A stretch of DNA of 63,784 nucleotides, filler included, from Circinaria calcarea (GCA_051942165.1; 37 parts of 37 records of this genome joined end to end with filler, not necessarily neighbours in it), one strand, 5' to 3'; shown: positions 1 to 13,206, counted from the whole stretch's first letter. Notes: generated by a model from the letters alone, not told the origin. A program made the numbers and translations.

Positions 1-2
1 GG

Positions 3-272
3 CGGATCCGCCACCCGGAACTCCTGCCCAGAGCCCGATGGAGTCTAGGTCGATGGGGTATACCCATCAACATTGGTGGTCTTGCATACTCCAGCTTCGC
101 CTTTTTCTGGTGTTTCTGGCCCAACAGTACGCCGGTATTTCCGGAAACTTTCAACTGGGCCGTGGTCGTGTTTGGGGCCCTTAGCATCTTCTCGGGTGTA
201 TTTTATTTTGTGAAAGGTAGAGAGGTATACAAAGGACCAGTTGTACTGGTGGAGGGCTGGAGATCGCAGTAA
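3..272 (+). CDS. APC-superfamily amino acid/GABA/choline permease, C-terminal fragment
   Basis: Manual frame-3 translation: ..LPRARWSLGRWGIPINIGGLAYSSFAFFWCFWPNSTPVFPETFNWAVVVF..KGREVYKGPVV..*. This is the typical C-terminus of fungal ACT-family permeases. Not in the ORF track. Confidence 0.85.
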   Translation, partial: RIRHPELLPRARWSLGRWGIPINIGGLAYSSFAFFWCFWPNSTPVFPETFNWAVVVFGALSIFSGVFYFVKGREVYKGPVVLVEGWRSQ

Positions 273-903
273 AATAGATCGGTTTAGGGGGGGTTCTATC
301 AAGTGGGGTTTTCGACACTACGACAGCGGCATATCCCCGGCCTAGGGTAGCTTCGATGAGGATCGGGCTATGAGGTATGGGATAAGGGGGTTAACGATTT
401 TGGAATGGGGTTGTTTGAGGAAAGATGGTTCGATGGACAATGTTTTGGCTATCGAATTTGTATATAAAATTCTTACCGGGACCGATAACATCTAAACGTC
501 TCAAGCAAATATCAAGTAAAATACTCACAGGCATTTGGTATCTCTGTCAATCTTTTTTAAAAAATAAGAATACAAGTAGTTTTCTTGAGTTATGACCAGT
601 GGTTGTAGATCAATTAAACAATTCGTTGACTTTCGAGGTGGTATTTCGAGGGCCCCGAGTTTCCAAAAAGTGGGTGTTCGTTTTTGGAACACGGTACCCA
701 GGCACATTTCATGTCTTGGTCCTTCTAAGTTCTTGAGATATGAGGAAGAAATGGGAAAAAAAGGAAGAAAACGGGCTCTTTCCCGCCCCCCTCCCCCCTC
801 TTGCTACACCCATCTAATATCCTACCATATGCACCCCACGAAAGAAAAGCATCATTATACTTTATCCCGCCCGGATTCGATATCAAGAAAGGGGGCCTCC
901 TCC

Positions 904-955
904 CTTCCCTTTCCTTTCCTTTCCTTTCCTTTCCTTTCCTTTCCTTTCCTTCTCC
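904..955. repeat. (TTTCC)n microsatellite
   Basis: About 9 tandem pentamers, read directly. Confidence 0.95.
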
Positions 956-1643
956 TTCTCCTTTCATAAACAATTAGATTAAAATTCTCCGAATCCCCAC
1001 CAGAAATCTAGATCGTACCTATCTATGTACCCAGAACTACTCCCGAAGGGGGAGGGGGGGGGGGGGGGAAAAAAAAAGAGGGTTGTTTAAATGTGGAACT
1101 TTCCGCCCTACCATACCTGGCTTTTTGGGATCTTTTCCTATGGTATCTGATACTGGTATACCTGGTCCCCCTAAACTAACAATAGCGCCTATCCTCTTTT
1201 CTCCCCCCCCCCCGGCTCCTCTCCTCGCCACAAGTCAAACGCCGCCGCCGTCTTCTCTAGAAACACGACCCAGATCGCGCTGCGTGTACTGGACTGGAGC
1301 CCCTTTGCCTCGTAATCTCGGACCTGAGGTGGAAACCTAATCCCCCCCCCCTTTCCCTCCTTCTTTACCCCATTCTTTACCCCATTCTCGCCGAATGTCG
1401 ATGGTTGCCAAATTTCCACGCGATGACGATGCGATGCGAAAAAGGTTTCACCGCTTATGCCCCCATACGTCCCCGATTGGGTTATTGTCCTTGTGCGTTA
1501 AAAAAGGGGTTAGGGAGCACCGACTTTGAAAAACACGGCCGGGGGAAGCCTCGGAAGTCGAATTATCCTATCCTCGGTTCGGGTATGTACCCAAGGTCGT
1601 TCGCTGCTAATTCCTCATCTCCCATCTCCCAGCAACCCAACCC

Positions 1644-1743
1644 NNNNNNNNNNNNNNNNNNNNNNNNNNNNNNNNNNNNNNNNNNNNTTAATTAATTAAN
1701 NNNNNNNNNNNNNNNNNNNNNNNNNNNNNNNNNNNNNNNNNNN
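1644..1743. other. Artificial contig-joining linker N44-TTAATTAATTAA-N44 (first of 36 copies, one every ~1.73 kb)
   Basis: Identical 100-nt spacer with stops in all six frames. Intervening contigs decrease steadily in length (1643 to ~1612 nt). Confidence 0.99.
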
Positions 1744-2443
1744 GTAAAGAGTATCATTACCATGTACTCATCACTAGAGACTAGCCCGCAATGGCCTGGC
1801 TATTGCCGGTGTTGGGTAAGATGGCTGCCCTTCTGCCTCCGTACATGCATCTTTGTTTACGTCGGTTGAGTGTAGGAAGGAAGAGGTCATGGAATCGCTC
1901 AGAACCGAGCGCATTATGGTTATTTTACAAGCAGGCAGGATGCGAGGGGAGAAAACGTCAGATGCGAGAAACGCCTGATAGGTGTAACATGTCTTATTAT
2001 AAATCAAGGTTAGACGAAGATTGCTTTCGATGCCTTTTGTAGATTTTCACTCCTTGAATACTACCCTTTCCTACTTAGTACACGCCGGCCCGCCCTGAAG
2101 AAGGATTATCTCCGAGTAACAAACCTACACCATTCAGGCTGCGTCAAGCTTCGGCAGTCTCGGTAGATGACACACGGCGTAAAAAGGGGATACCTTTTTC
2201 TCCGTGTCCAAACCTCATATTATAGCAAGAGATCATCTTCTAGCGCTGAAAAGGAGCACCGAGGTGTGGTAAAGGGTGTTGTATTGGTTATTGAAAGTAG
2301 TTCCTTTCACTATAGGACACGTACTTGTTATGACCTTGGGCAACGGCTTTTGCTCCACACTTTGAGCAAAGCCCATAACCCCGCTGCTGAGCTCCTAACG
2401 AAACGAAATACACTTTGGAGCTCTCCGCACTAGAACGGCGATC

Positions 2444-3386
2444 TCACGGTATTAGCCCCACCTGGTCGTGTCCTCCGACCATGTTTTTTTTGATTCGGGT
2501 AACCGCGCAGTCCATACAGCATCCATCACAGCGAAGGTAGATAGCCTTTAAGAATCGGTAATTCCTGCGGCCTTTCCAGCCCCTCATAGAATCAAGCAGT
2601 GTCCATCGTGCAGTGCTATTGCCAGCAGTGAGAGGGACATATATGGTACTCGGATACTCAGCGGTGGGCCCTTGGGCTAACATCCGATCCAATTCCTGTT
2701 CGTCTGGATATGGCATCTCAAAGCCATAAAAGACTTTCGTGCCCTCCGGTACGGTAAATTTGAGGTCGGGGCTTGGGTCAAAGTCGTGGTCGCAAATTTG
2801 TAAGAGATAGGCGTCCCAGTATAAATCTTGCATCCATCGAAACCCTATATGCAACTCAAGACGGCCACCTTCATCCGTGCTAATACGATGCTTCTTAAAG
2901 ACCTCAAACGCGGTCTCTGTTGTACCAATGTAGCTTGTGATCGTCGAAGGGTTGACGAAGCTTCTCAGAATAATCTGATCGCCTGGACGGCCAACTACCC
3001 TGCGAGGTTCAATATAACCACTCGAGTTTTCGTTTGCAGGTTTATAATCCAGGTAGGTATCGCACGATAGTATCCATTCTCTCCGTTCCCCAAACCTAGA
3101 CGGAACTCCCTGAATAACAGAAAGCTCTGATCTCACATGGCTAGGATCCGATATATTTGCTGCTATTGAATTCACGCATATACTCCAGCCCCAGGAACTT
3201 ATTACAGCAGCAGCGTATAGCTTACGCTCATCCGGAACCTTGCCTAGAAGCATGATAGCTATCGTTTCAAAGGCCTCCCGGGCAGTTAGGCAGTTAATTG
3301 TTCGAAATCTTTCCATTGGTAAATTATATAAATTGAAGGGCGCACGTTGACAACTTTCCGGGTTGTCTACCATGGTGAATGCAAGG
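2444..3386 (-). CDS. Uncharacterised fungal protein, C-terminal part
   Basis: 309-aa open frame reaching close to the contig end, with protein-like composition and a C-terminal CxxCCxxC. Family not recognised. Confidence 0.6.
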
Positions 3387-3529
3387 NNNNNNNNNNNNNN
3401 NNNNNNNNNNNNNNNNNNNNNNNNNNNNNNTTAATTAATTAANNNNNNNNNNNNNNNNNNNNNNNNNNNNNNNNNNNNNNNNNNNNCCCCCAATTCGCCC
3501 CCAACGTTCCACCCTGACCAATCGCCCAG

Positions 3530-4795
3530 GAACAACCACTCCTTCGTCTCCCCTACGAGATCCTTCGCAAAAACTTCAAGATCGTGCAGAAGAACTTTGA
3601 GCGGGACCGCGAAGTCGTGCTCGCCTCTCTCAAGTCTACCGCCAATGCCTCTCTCGCTGGGCAGGATCCGTCGCAGACGCTCAGTGCGCTGGATAGCATG
3701 ATTACGCGCATGCAAGGCCTCAAGCGGAAAATGCAAGCGATGCACGAGGAAGAAAAGATCCTGCATCAGCAGTCGAGGAAGCGGATCCAGCATCTGCAGG
3801 ATCTGTACGAAATCCCTAGTCTGGCGGATGTCAAGTACGATGGGTGGTCGCGGGTGCGGCTGAATCGGCTGTTGGTGGATTATTTGCTGCGGAGCGGGTA
3901 TTCGGAAAGCGCGAGGGCTTTGGCGAAGGAGAAGGGAATTGAGGAGTTGGTTGACCTGGAGGTGTTTATCCAGTGTCATAGGATTGAGGAGAGTCTACGC
4001 AGGGGAAATACGGCGGAGGGGCTGGCGTGGTGTGCGGATCATAAGCCTTTGATGAGGAAGACGAATGTGAGTGGGGGATTCTTTTGAGTGAGCAAAACGA
4101 CCAACTTGGCTGATATCATTCAAATAGAACAGTCTCGAGTTCGAACTCCGGCTACAGCAATATATCGAACTTCTTCGAGGGGGGCGCTTGCTAGAGGCAA
4201 CGCAACATGCCAAGAAACACATTGTTCCGCATACAGACACCCATGCCGTAGAGATCCACCGCGCAGCTGGATTACTCGCTTTCCCTCCAGATACCCAGGC
4301 GGAACCTTATAAGGTGAAATTTATCATCACACGCTCCCCATGGTTGAAAAAACTGACACTCGACAGACCATGTACTCCCAAGTCCGCTGGAACGACCTCG
4401 CCTCCCTCTTCGTCAAAACCCACCACGAACTCTTCTCCCTCCCCACCCGACCCCTCCTGCACATCGCCCTCTCCGCCGGCCTCTCCGCTCTCAAAACCCC
4501 ATCCTGTCACTCGGCATATACCAGTAGCCGATCCAACCCCTTTTCATCGACAACTTCCCTTTGCCCTATCTGCTCCACGGAACTTAACGAAATGGCGCGA
4601 AGCCTTCCATACGCCCACCATACCAAGAGCTACGTCGAAAACGACCCGGTGGTCTTGCCGACCGGTAGGATTTACGGCCGGGACCGTCTGATGGCATTGA
4701 GTGCCAAAGCCGGTCTCGGTGAGGATCACGTCAAGGATCCCATCACGGGCGAAGTCTTTGAGATGGCCAAGGTCCGCAAAGTATATATTTCCTGA
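3530..4795 (+). CDS. FYV10: GID/CTLH E3 ligase subunit Fyv10 (Gid9/MAEA), 5'-partial; introns ~4067-4127 and ~4314-4366
   Basis: EQPLLRLPYEILRKNF, LisH (RLNRLLVDYLLRSGY), CTLH (LEFELRLQQYIEL), LSAGLSALKTPSC and degenerate RING (CPICSTELN..LPYAHH). Canonical splice signals. Confidence 0.93.
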
Positions 4796-5243
4796 CCGCT
4801 GGGCGTTGGTCCTTCTCCCGTTCTTAGCGTAGCATCTTCATAGCGGTAGGGCGCTGGGGGGGGGGACTGTTTTTTAAATTAGTTTCATTTTTCATGATTC
4901 AGACCCACTTAATACCCATCAGATGAGGCAAAGTTTAGCAAGGTCAGGTGAGAACGGAATCATTGCTCCTGATTGGGAGATTGTGAAGATCTAGTCGATT
5001 CCTGAATATCATCAGAGGTGCACACAGGTCTGAATGAAACGCAGTGCAGGTATTTCATTCGAATAGTAGCGCCTTCGCGACTTCCACCCGTTTCTAGACG
5101 AATACTCTCCGCCCACTTCCAAACCNNNNNNNNNNNNNNNNNNNNNNNNNNNNNNNNNNNNNNNNNNNNTTAATTAATTAANNNNNNNNNNNNNNNNNNN
5201 NNNNNNNNNNNNNNNNNNNNNNNNNCGCTTTGTCAGAAACCAT

Positions 5244-5989
5244 ATGAAGCACCAGGCAAACGCATCATCTGTGCCTATCTGCAAAATGGCAGAAGATGGG
5301 TTGGGCCTCTTCGCAAAGCTTCCTCGAAAGTTGCGTAATGATATCTACAAGCTCGTGCTTCACGTAGGAAGTTTCTACCTTAAACCTGAAGGTGGTCAAG
5401 GAAATCAGAAGTCAGTAATTACAAAGTTGATAACGTTCTGGGCTTTCTCGTCTAACATCTGACTTCTAGGCTTTCCAAGCTTCCGATGTATCCTGCTCTC
5501 CATCTCGAATTACTCGGCGTCTCCTCGGATATCAATAAAGAAGCTGCACCGATCTTGTACGGCCATAACAGTTTCGTCTTACCAGCTCTCGCCATTCCCC
5601 TGTTCATGGACGGCTTTCTCGACCAGATAGGGAAAAGCAATACTTCTTACCTCAGAGAGTTGACCTTTAGATTCCGCAGATCTGAGATTTGGCTCATTGC
5701 TCAGCATGAGCTTTGTGACATGTACTTGACTCGTTATGACGCCGTTTGGGATCTTCGGCACCTTGAGCGGCTGAGCTTCTCCCAAGAACTCGACGACCTG
5801 TGTATTGATTATAGCGAATACGATCTTCGATGTGAGCCGTCCGTCGATATCAGTATTCTCTCACTTGTACTTTATTCCATGGTCGATTACTTCCCAAAGC
5901 TGTCTACCCCCATATATCTAGATCTCAACAGTCAGGTCAGCGTATTGGCTGAGGATGTAAGATCTACCTATGTGGAAAAGGTTAGTTAA
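5244..5989 (+). CDS. Hypothetical protein with an F-box-like N-terminal motif; intron 5411-5469
   Basis: LFAKLPRKLRNDIYKLVL...LLGVSSDINKEAAPILYGHNSF is a pattern common to fungal F-box-like proteins. The GTCAGT..CTAAC..TAG intron joins the two ORFs in frame. Confidence 0.55.
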
Positions 5990-6963
5990 CTCGTCAGATA
6001 TTATGACGGCTGCGAGGAATCGGGTCTAACATAGATATAGTATGGGCTTGTCCCGCTTGAAGGTTCTGAGTTGAGTTTCAAACAGCTCGATTACTGTCTG
6101 CACAAGCATAGCCCTTGCGAAGGATGGCATTGCAAGGTCATTAAGCTCAATGAGGATGTCGATCCCGTCAAAGATCAGATCTCGGAGTACTCCATGGTCG
6201 TGTATCAGCATTATGAAATACGACACTCTACCTGAGGGGTGTCTCTTGGTTGAAGAATTCAAAAGTTCTGATAATACGACAGTGGAGTGCATGACTTCCT
6301 TAGAAAGTTTTAGTTAGAAGAGCATGCACTGGTAACAGATGGTTTTCTTCTCCATGGCTTCAGCTAGATCTACTATGGTATTCTGCAGTTCTCTCCACCG
6401 GTCCAGTTCTCGTGTATGGCTTTCTTCTTTCAGCTTCGGAAGGACCAGCGATCCTTGCGAAGCGACTTCAAGTGTGTTCCATACCACTGTGCGCGAATGT
6501 TCAAGAACCCCAGGCTTATTTCCAGGGTGTAGACGGTCTTGATATCCTGCTCGGGCTTCATGGCATCGTGTCTTTAAATGTCAGGAGGTCATCCAACCTT
6601 CTTACCCTCCTCACCCACCACCGCAACCCACATCGAACCTAATCTCTACACAAAACATTCCGACCCCCCATCAGGTGACCATCATAAAAATACTACAATG
6701 CCCCTTTTCAATAGTCCAGGATCCCCTTAGGTCTTCTATGATCAAATCAGTCCCATGGACTTTTGACACCGCAAGATATATATATCCCCATCAGTCCCTC
6801 CCACCCCTAATACAAACCATGTAGAGCTAGCTAGAGTTTGAATATTGTAAAGTCCCATTCAGTNNNNNNNNNNNNNNNNNNNNNNNNNNNNNNNNNNNNN
6901 NNNNNNNTTAATTAATTAANNNNNNNNNNNNNNNNNNNNNNNNNNNNNNNNNNNNNNNNNNNN

Positions 6964-7476
6964 GCAGGAGAACGGCGTTATATGTATAACCCACATTTGA
7001 AAACCCTGAGAGAAGCAGTAGGTACAGACCAAGGCTGGATCAAACCGGATGATGATGCCAGGGCAATTGTCGAGAGCCAACTCCTATCCCTGCGACTCCG
7101 ATCACGGGATTTAGTCCAATCACCAGGAGATGCCTTACCTCCACAACCACGGCGCATCTACCTTGTAGGCGGAGGATCACAGAATACTGCCATTGCCAGA
7201 ATTGCAGGGGAGGTATTGGGTGGTTCAGAGGGCGTATACAGATTAGATGTTGGTCAGAACGCATGCGCACTAGGAGCTGCGTATAAAGCCGTTTGGGCGG
7301 TGGAACGGAGGCCGGGCGAGACATTTGAGGATTTCATCGGTGCGAGGTGGAGGGAAGAGGAAATCGTCGAGAAAGTAGCCGAGGGATATCAGGAGGGGGT
7401 GTTTGAGCGATATGGGCAGGCTCTGAAAGGGTTTGAACTGATGGAGAGGCAGGTCCTGGAGCAGGAAATGAGGTGA
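6964..7476 (+). CDS. XKS1: D-xylulose kinase (FGGY family), C-terminal fragment
   Basis: [29 protein letters not shown] and [13 protein letters not shown] motifs. Confidence 0.88.
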   Translation, partial: AGERRYMYNPHLKTLREAVGTDQGWIKPDDDARAIVESQLLSLRLRSRDLVQSPGDALPPQPRRIYLVGGGSQNTAIARIAGEVLGGSEGVYRLDVGQNACALGAAYKAVWAVERRPGETFEDFIGARWREEEIVEKVAEGYQEGVFERYGQALKGFELMERQVLEQEMR

Positions 7477-8108
7477 TAGTGGGCGTCCTAACGTGGCCGG
7501 TTTGCAAACGTCGTTGCTGATGAGCGCGGATTTGTGTAAGTATGAAGGGCGCCTCGTACCTTGTTCTTATAGATCAAGTTTATCAAGACTAATATGCTAA
7601 AGTCTTATGGTGTTTGACAAAATATGATGTATATGTAAGAGGTCCTCCGAGGTCATACTGTTCCATTCCCTAACGACGTTTGGCTCACCCGCTTCGCAAG
7701 TAGATATCATGATGATCCCAAAGGTGTCTGGTTATATACTTGATTCATCCATCCAAGCAATCCGTTTACATCTCACTGCACCTCTTTGGACTTAAGGTTC
7801 CCAAAGTACCACCTCATTCCGGTACATGATAATTCGAGTGGTGCAGAGGACCGCCCATGGAAAGGTTGACTAAGAACTCCATCCATTCTACCAGCTCTCC
7901 TGCCCGAGCAACATTGGGGTGAGTATAATGCTGCCCGTCCATCGGTTTTGTCGTCTTCTTGTGCAGTGGGGGCTTAGAGGGGCACTCATCCCTGAACGCC
8001 GGACGTCATAGCTTGACGACCATGTAGTTCTTGAGGTGTTTGCTTTCCCAATCGCATGGCCCCCACCGTTTTCTCTCTGTAGCTGTTTCCTGCATTAGTC
8101 CTGCCGCG

Positions 8109-8600
8109 ATGGCCTTCCAGATCAAAGCAACAATCGCCTCCTTTGGAGGCAAATTTCTCAAACTCACCCATGATGCTTCCACGACCAAATGTGAAATGGG
8201 ATTGAACCTCTATCTTCCACCCCAAGCCACCCTCAACCAGCTGCACAAAGTTCCTGTTCTTTTCTTTCTGTCCGGTCTTACGTGTACGGGTGACAACTGT
8301 ATGGAGAAGGGCTTCTTCCAGCATAAGGCAAGCCAGAGGGGGATTGCCGTGGTGTATCCGGATACTAGCCCTCGTGAGTGGTGGAGTCCGACACGGCCAT
8401 CAAATACCCTAAGTAGAGTATGGCTGATCAATAACTGATACCCAGGCGGTCTAAAGATCCAGGGAGAAGACGACTCGTATGATTTCGGTACTGGCGCAGG
8501 CTTTTACGTCGACGCAACAAAAGAGCCATGGTCCAAAGGTTACAACATGTATAGCTACATCACAGAGGAGCTACCGAAGGCGTTGTTCTCCTCATTCGAG
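8109..8600 (+). CDS. S-formylglutathione hydrolase (esterase D), 3'-partial; intron 8374-8445
   Basis: [59 protein letters not shown]. Confidence 0.93.
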
Positions 8601-8700
8601 NNNNNNNNNNNNNNNNNNNNNNNNNNNNNNNNNNNNNNNNNNNNTTAATTAATTAANNNNNNNNNNNNNNNNNNNNNNNNNNNNNNNNNNNNNNNNNNNN

Positions 8701-10337
8701 CCTTGATATGAGAGACGATAACCCGCGAGCCAAGAGAGATATGACGCTCTCGTCTAAGAGACGTCTCAACCGACCAAGACAACTCATTACCTATCAGAAG
8801 GGCAAGTGGGCTCTTGATAGCAGCCCGCCCAACGACCTTCAGTACGTGTTCATCAGCTGGCAATGGGACGCATTCGGGAGCACCGAAGAAGAACGCAAGA
8901 CCAAGGTCCATCTCATGGCTGAGTATATGACACGGCGAGCCGGGCTCACTGCATACTGGCTTGATAACGAGTGTAACGCTCCGAAAAGCGAGCCAGCTCT
9001 TCTGACATCCGATGTTCACCGAATGAGCGATGTGATTCGCGGATCCAATCATGTTGCGCTTCTTCTCCCCGACGGCAACGACTACAGGATGCGCGATTGG
9101 GGTCAAAGAATGTGGACGTTGCCTGAGGGTCTCCTCGCACCTGGCCAAATACGACTCTGTACCTGGCAAGGAGAAGGCAAATATCACGTCCGAGAAATGG
9201 GGAAGGTAGAGATGACAAGCCAATTTTGGCTCGACAAAGATGATAAGGAAGGTGACTGTGTCCTTGAGGAGGTCCCATCTCGTATTCTTGCCGAGAATTT
9301 TGCAGGATTAATCGATCTCAGTCCTCTTGAGCTATTTTCACTTGGCCTTGCCGCCTTGTGCAACCGCACCACTTCGAACAATTTCACTCGTTCCGATGAG
9401 GCGTACGCACTCATGGGCCTGTTGCATTATAGGATCGACACCGATGAGACGGACGAACTCTTCCAGGTAGTTGCGCGGCTCTCCCTTGCCAACGACAGCG
9501 ATCACTTCATCGAGCGCATTTTCGCGATGTTCCCACTCAGTACTTCCACGATTCGGGACATGTTCAAGATCTGTGCCGACAAGGATCAGTATCGGACACA
9601 CCTGTGGGACATCCAACCTAATTGCCAAGTCGTCGGCATCGGTGCCGAACCCAACACCGTCATCCTAAATAATTGCAAAGCCGTTACCATTCGCTGGCGC
9701 CAATTCCCTCGCATCCATAATCAAACCCACGAGGGTTTGAAAAAACTGTTTGCCCAGCTTTTCGTCACCTCTGGTGCCTGGTGGGTAATTCAAGGCTACA
9801 GCCTCGCCTTCACCTATGCCCCCTTCCTCCTGTGGATCGGCGTGAGCAACGACCAGCCACTCTACAGCGATAATCTCTATAAATATCTCGTTGGACTCAT
9901 CGGAGGCTTCCTAGCCACCGGTTTCCTCCTTTCCTTCAGCTCACCATACGCTGTCCGGCGGCTCTTCAGCAGTCAGGCACTGAAATCGGCCCCGCATCTC
10001 GTCGGCTTCGAAGGCATCATGCCGATTGACGACATTGAAGAAGTCGCTTTTGGTAATTGTCAGCACCGCCTGACCTACGAGCCCTCCGCCACACCCTACA
10101 GTGCCGAGAAGCGCAATCCAAAATTCCGCATGGGCGAGGAACCAGATTGGGTCCGTGACTCCAACCCTGCTGCAGCTCGGGTCCCCTTGCAACCTGGCCA
10201 TCGCCTATTCACGCTTGTCGATACGGGCAATCTGACCGTCTCCATCTTCCAAGCTGAACGTCCGCCCTCTGTCGCACTGATATGCGGCGCCGAGGGTGGC
10301 GCGCTTCGCGCCGTCTTGTGTAGCTGGAGGTTCGAGA
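8701..10337 (+). CDS. Divergent HET-domain-like protein with an internal transmembrane segment (both ends missing)
   Basis: Open frame of more than 540 aa. HET-like motifs YVFISWQW, YWLDNEC, MSDVIRGS, WGQRMWTLPE and DEAYALMGL, followed by 2-3 hydrophobic helices. Confidence 0.65.
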
Positions 10338-10439
10338 NNNNNNNNNNNNNNNNNNNNNNNNNNNNNNNNNNNNNNNNNNNNTTAATTAATTAANNNNNNN
10401 NNNNNNNNNNNNNNNNNNNNNNNNNNNNNNNNNNNNNTA

Positions 10440-11177
10440 CTATACTATCCCAATGCGGTTATCCCTCAACAGGATTTTAAAGAGGGTCCATACATTGACT
10501 ACCGTCATTTCGATAAGTATAATATCACGCCTCGCTATGAGTTCGGATTTGGACTTTCATACACCAAATTTGAATTCTTCAACCTCACACTTACAACCAC
10601 CAAACCCAAATCCGCATTACCTTTGCCGCGTCCAGAAGGAATCGTCCCTCCAACCGTCGACTCTACGATCCCTGATGCATCAACAGCGCTCTTCCCTGAA
10701 AACTTCCGCAAACTAAAGAAACGCATATATCCTTATATTTCCAGCCTCAAAGACATCAAAACAGGCCGATACCCATATCCGCTCGGTTATCAAGTCCGCC
10801 AAACCCCTTCCCAAGCCGGTGGCGGTGAAGGTGGTAATCCGTCCCTCTTCGAAGTCCACCTAACCATAAACTTTACCCTTACCAACACAGGCACCAGAAA
10901 AGGCCAGGAAGTCGCCCAGCTCTACCTTTCTTTCCCTCCCAACGTCCTTGAGCCCTCTACCGGCGAATCCATCGATTTTCCCGTGCGGGTGTTACGCGGA
11001 TTCGAGAAGGTAGAGTTGGAAGCCGGGGAGAAGGCGACTGTCAGTCTGGGATTGACGAGGAAAGATTTGAGTTTCTGGAGTGTCGTCAGGCAGAATTGGG
11101 TCATGCCTACCGAAGGGCAATTTCGGATTACGGTGGGCAGGAGTTCGAGGGACGAAGGGGTGGTGGGGGTGTGGTAG
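10440..11177 (+). CDS. GH3 beta-glucosidase, C-terminal (Fn3-like) part
   Basis: EGPYIDYRHFDK..PRYEFGFGLSYTKF, GGGEGGNPSLF, TNTG..GQEVAQLYL, VLRGFEKV and LTRKDLSFW. Confidence 0.93.
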   Translation, partial: LYYPNAVIPQQDFKEGPYIDYRHFDKYNITPRYEFGFGLSYTKFEFFNLTLTTTKPKSALPLPRPEGIVPPTVDSTIPDASTALFPENFRKLKKRIYPYISSLKDIKTGRYPYPLGYQVRQTPSQAGGGEGGNPSLFEVHLTINFTLTNTGTRKGQEVAQLYLSFPPNVLEPSTGESIDFPVRVLRGFEKVELEAGEKATVSLGLTRKDLSFWSVVRQNWVMPTEGQFRITVGRSSRDEGVVGVW

Positions 11178-11633
11178 TCTCTAGTTCCGAGGAGGGAAGG
11201 GAGTCTAGAGGGTTTTGTACGATAGTGGTCACCGCGGGGCGTGAAACAAAGGTGCTTTGGCGTGTTTGGCTGTGGCTTTGGCTTTGGTTTAGGGGGGTAT
11301 AGGCAGGTAGATGGTAATCCGAGTTTTATTATTTTCGGCTTCTGGCACACGGGGGATCCCCTCCTCCCCTGAATTGAAATCAGAAAAAAACAATACTTCA
11401 TTGAGATGGACTTTCTATCTCCCTCATTCTTGCTTTGAATGATTAAATTCTCTTTGCCCGCCTGCCCCCTTGACAAACGAGAATTTAAATCCATCTATTG
11501 GTTGGTACCTCATCACCCCATGCTCCCGGGTGTGGGGTGTGCTTTTTTGCTTTTCTTCGGGTGGGGGGAATAAGATTAAGGTAGGGTAGGGTCGGGTATG
11601 GTTATCCCGTTTCTTAACTATGGGGCAGGTGTT

Positions 11634-11670
11634 GGAATTGGGAATTGGGAATTGGGAATTGGGAATTGGA
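11634..11670. repeat. (GGAATTG/GGGAATT)n short tandem repeat
   Basis: About 5 tandem units, read directly. Confidence 0.85.
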
Positions 11671-12173
11671 TACGGTATGCTATATTTTGCGTGGATTATG
11701 CGTCATGTGGATTTTACGTGAAATAGATATTGTATAAGGGGGGGGGCGCCGGAGGAAGATCAGCGTTAGATGGGATGGAGATAAGAAATAAGAGACATAT
11801 AAGAATAAACAGGTAGACCTACGGGCATAATAATATAGAGGGGGCCCCCTTCCGTGTTCTTGGAGAAGCGGCTGATATAGATGATATATAACCTGATAGA
11901 GTTTTGAGTAGATCGTTACATCAGGTTCGAGAAAATATTATAATAAATCTACCGATATATTTAATAAAATACTTTTAAATTAATGTTTTTTATATAAAAG
12001 AATCTAGAAACTAGGTATTTGTTTTCTATTTTTATATTTTTATGTTTTTTATATTTTTTGTGTCCTTTGTGTCNNNNNNNNNNNNNNNNNNNNNNNNNNN
12101 NNNNNNNNNNNNNNNNNTTAATTAATTAANNNNNNNNNNNNNNNNNNNNNNNNNNNNNNNNNNNNNNNNNNNN

Positions 12174-12450
12174 CTCTCTGCCTATCCGTTGCCCGATGGC
12201 CTTCATATCTCTTCCGCATATCGTGGAAGAGCAGCTCCCCTAATTTTGCGCGCCACTCTTTAGATACCTTCTCATGCGACTCGACCTTCCTAAAGACGTT
12301 CAGGACGCCGTCGCTGATGTTTGGGGTCCCATCCTTCTTGACACCGTTGAGCTGAGCGTCATCTGGCCTGTTCTCCACTCCTTCAACGACGTCCTTGCCA
12401 TCTGTGTTTCCAATCCACACCTGTACGACTCGGCGATTCGGAGGCGCCAT
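12174..12450 (-). CDS. Possible Clr2 (cryptic loci regulator 2)-like protein, N-terminus
   Basis: ATG-initiated ORF open to the contig end. The ..NTDG.. and EWRAKLGELL pattern resembles my recollection of Clr2-like N-termini in filamentous fungi; not verified. Confidence 0.4.
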
Positions 12451-13206
12451 AGCAGCAGTGATTCGCTCTGTACTATGTGTTCTTCTAGGGCTTCGTTGGG
12501 AAGATGTGCGAGTGGTAATCGCAGCCGCCTTGAGAAGAAGCTTCCAAGATAGTGGATAAGCTCACTCGTTAGGTGACCAGGTTGCTGCCGCGACTGACAG
12601 AGGTGCTCGATGGAGGGGCTCGACAGAAGTGCCCTACATGAAGGTTGCTTTGTCGCGCTGAGATGAAGGTGGGTGAATGCAGTGGGGTAGACGCATAACT
12701 TCCAGCCCGTCAGGCGCATAAGTCCCAACCTCTTGTGCGTAACAATGTACAAATTCAATCGTATAGAATCACATGGCGGACCGGGGGTGTCTGACGGGCG
12801 TGTACCTGACGGGGATCTTTAGTTTTAGCCTACACCCCACACTCCACGGATCCATGTTCTCAGTTCACGTTGGAGCAGCTTCCCATAATGTACCAATTCT
12901 GTTTACACATCTTTCTGGCCTTAATGACCGATGCAAACTTTAGAAACATGGCCCGTTACATAGTGGACAGTGATCAGGGCCCCGAACCGTTGCCACTGCT
13001 TCCTCCGTCTGCAGGACAGATCCCTAGCCCAAAAGCCATGGGATCAGCTACCTCAAGGTTAATCCGAGATGTCTGCCATGGTAAATCCGTCTATCGTCAC
13101 AATCGTAGCTGTCAAATTCCATTGACCTACCGATATGCTTGCAGCCCTGAGGGCGAGAACGCCAAATTTCCGACAGAAAAGAGCACACCTCTGAGGTCTG
13201 GCTAGA

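Noticed and set aside
592..1695. Multiple short ORFs on contig 1
   Set aside because: They derive from microsatellite and homopolymer sequence and show no recognisable motifs.
3431..3979. 182-aa minus-strand ORF (and similar ones at 10922-11494, 14672-15127 and 15847-16443)
   Set aside because: Each is antisense to a well-supported gene and has no independent motifs.
6026..6600. Minus-strand ORF fragments on contig 4
   Set aside because: Interrupted frames with no recognisable family. They may be a decayed gene, but I cannot support that.
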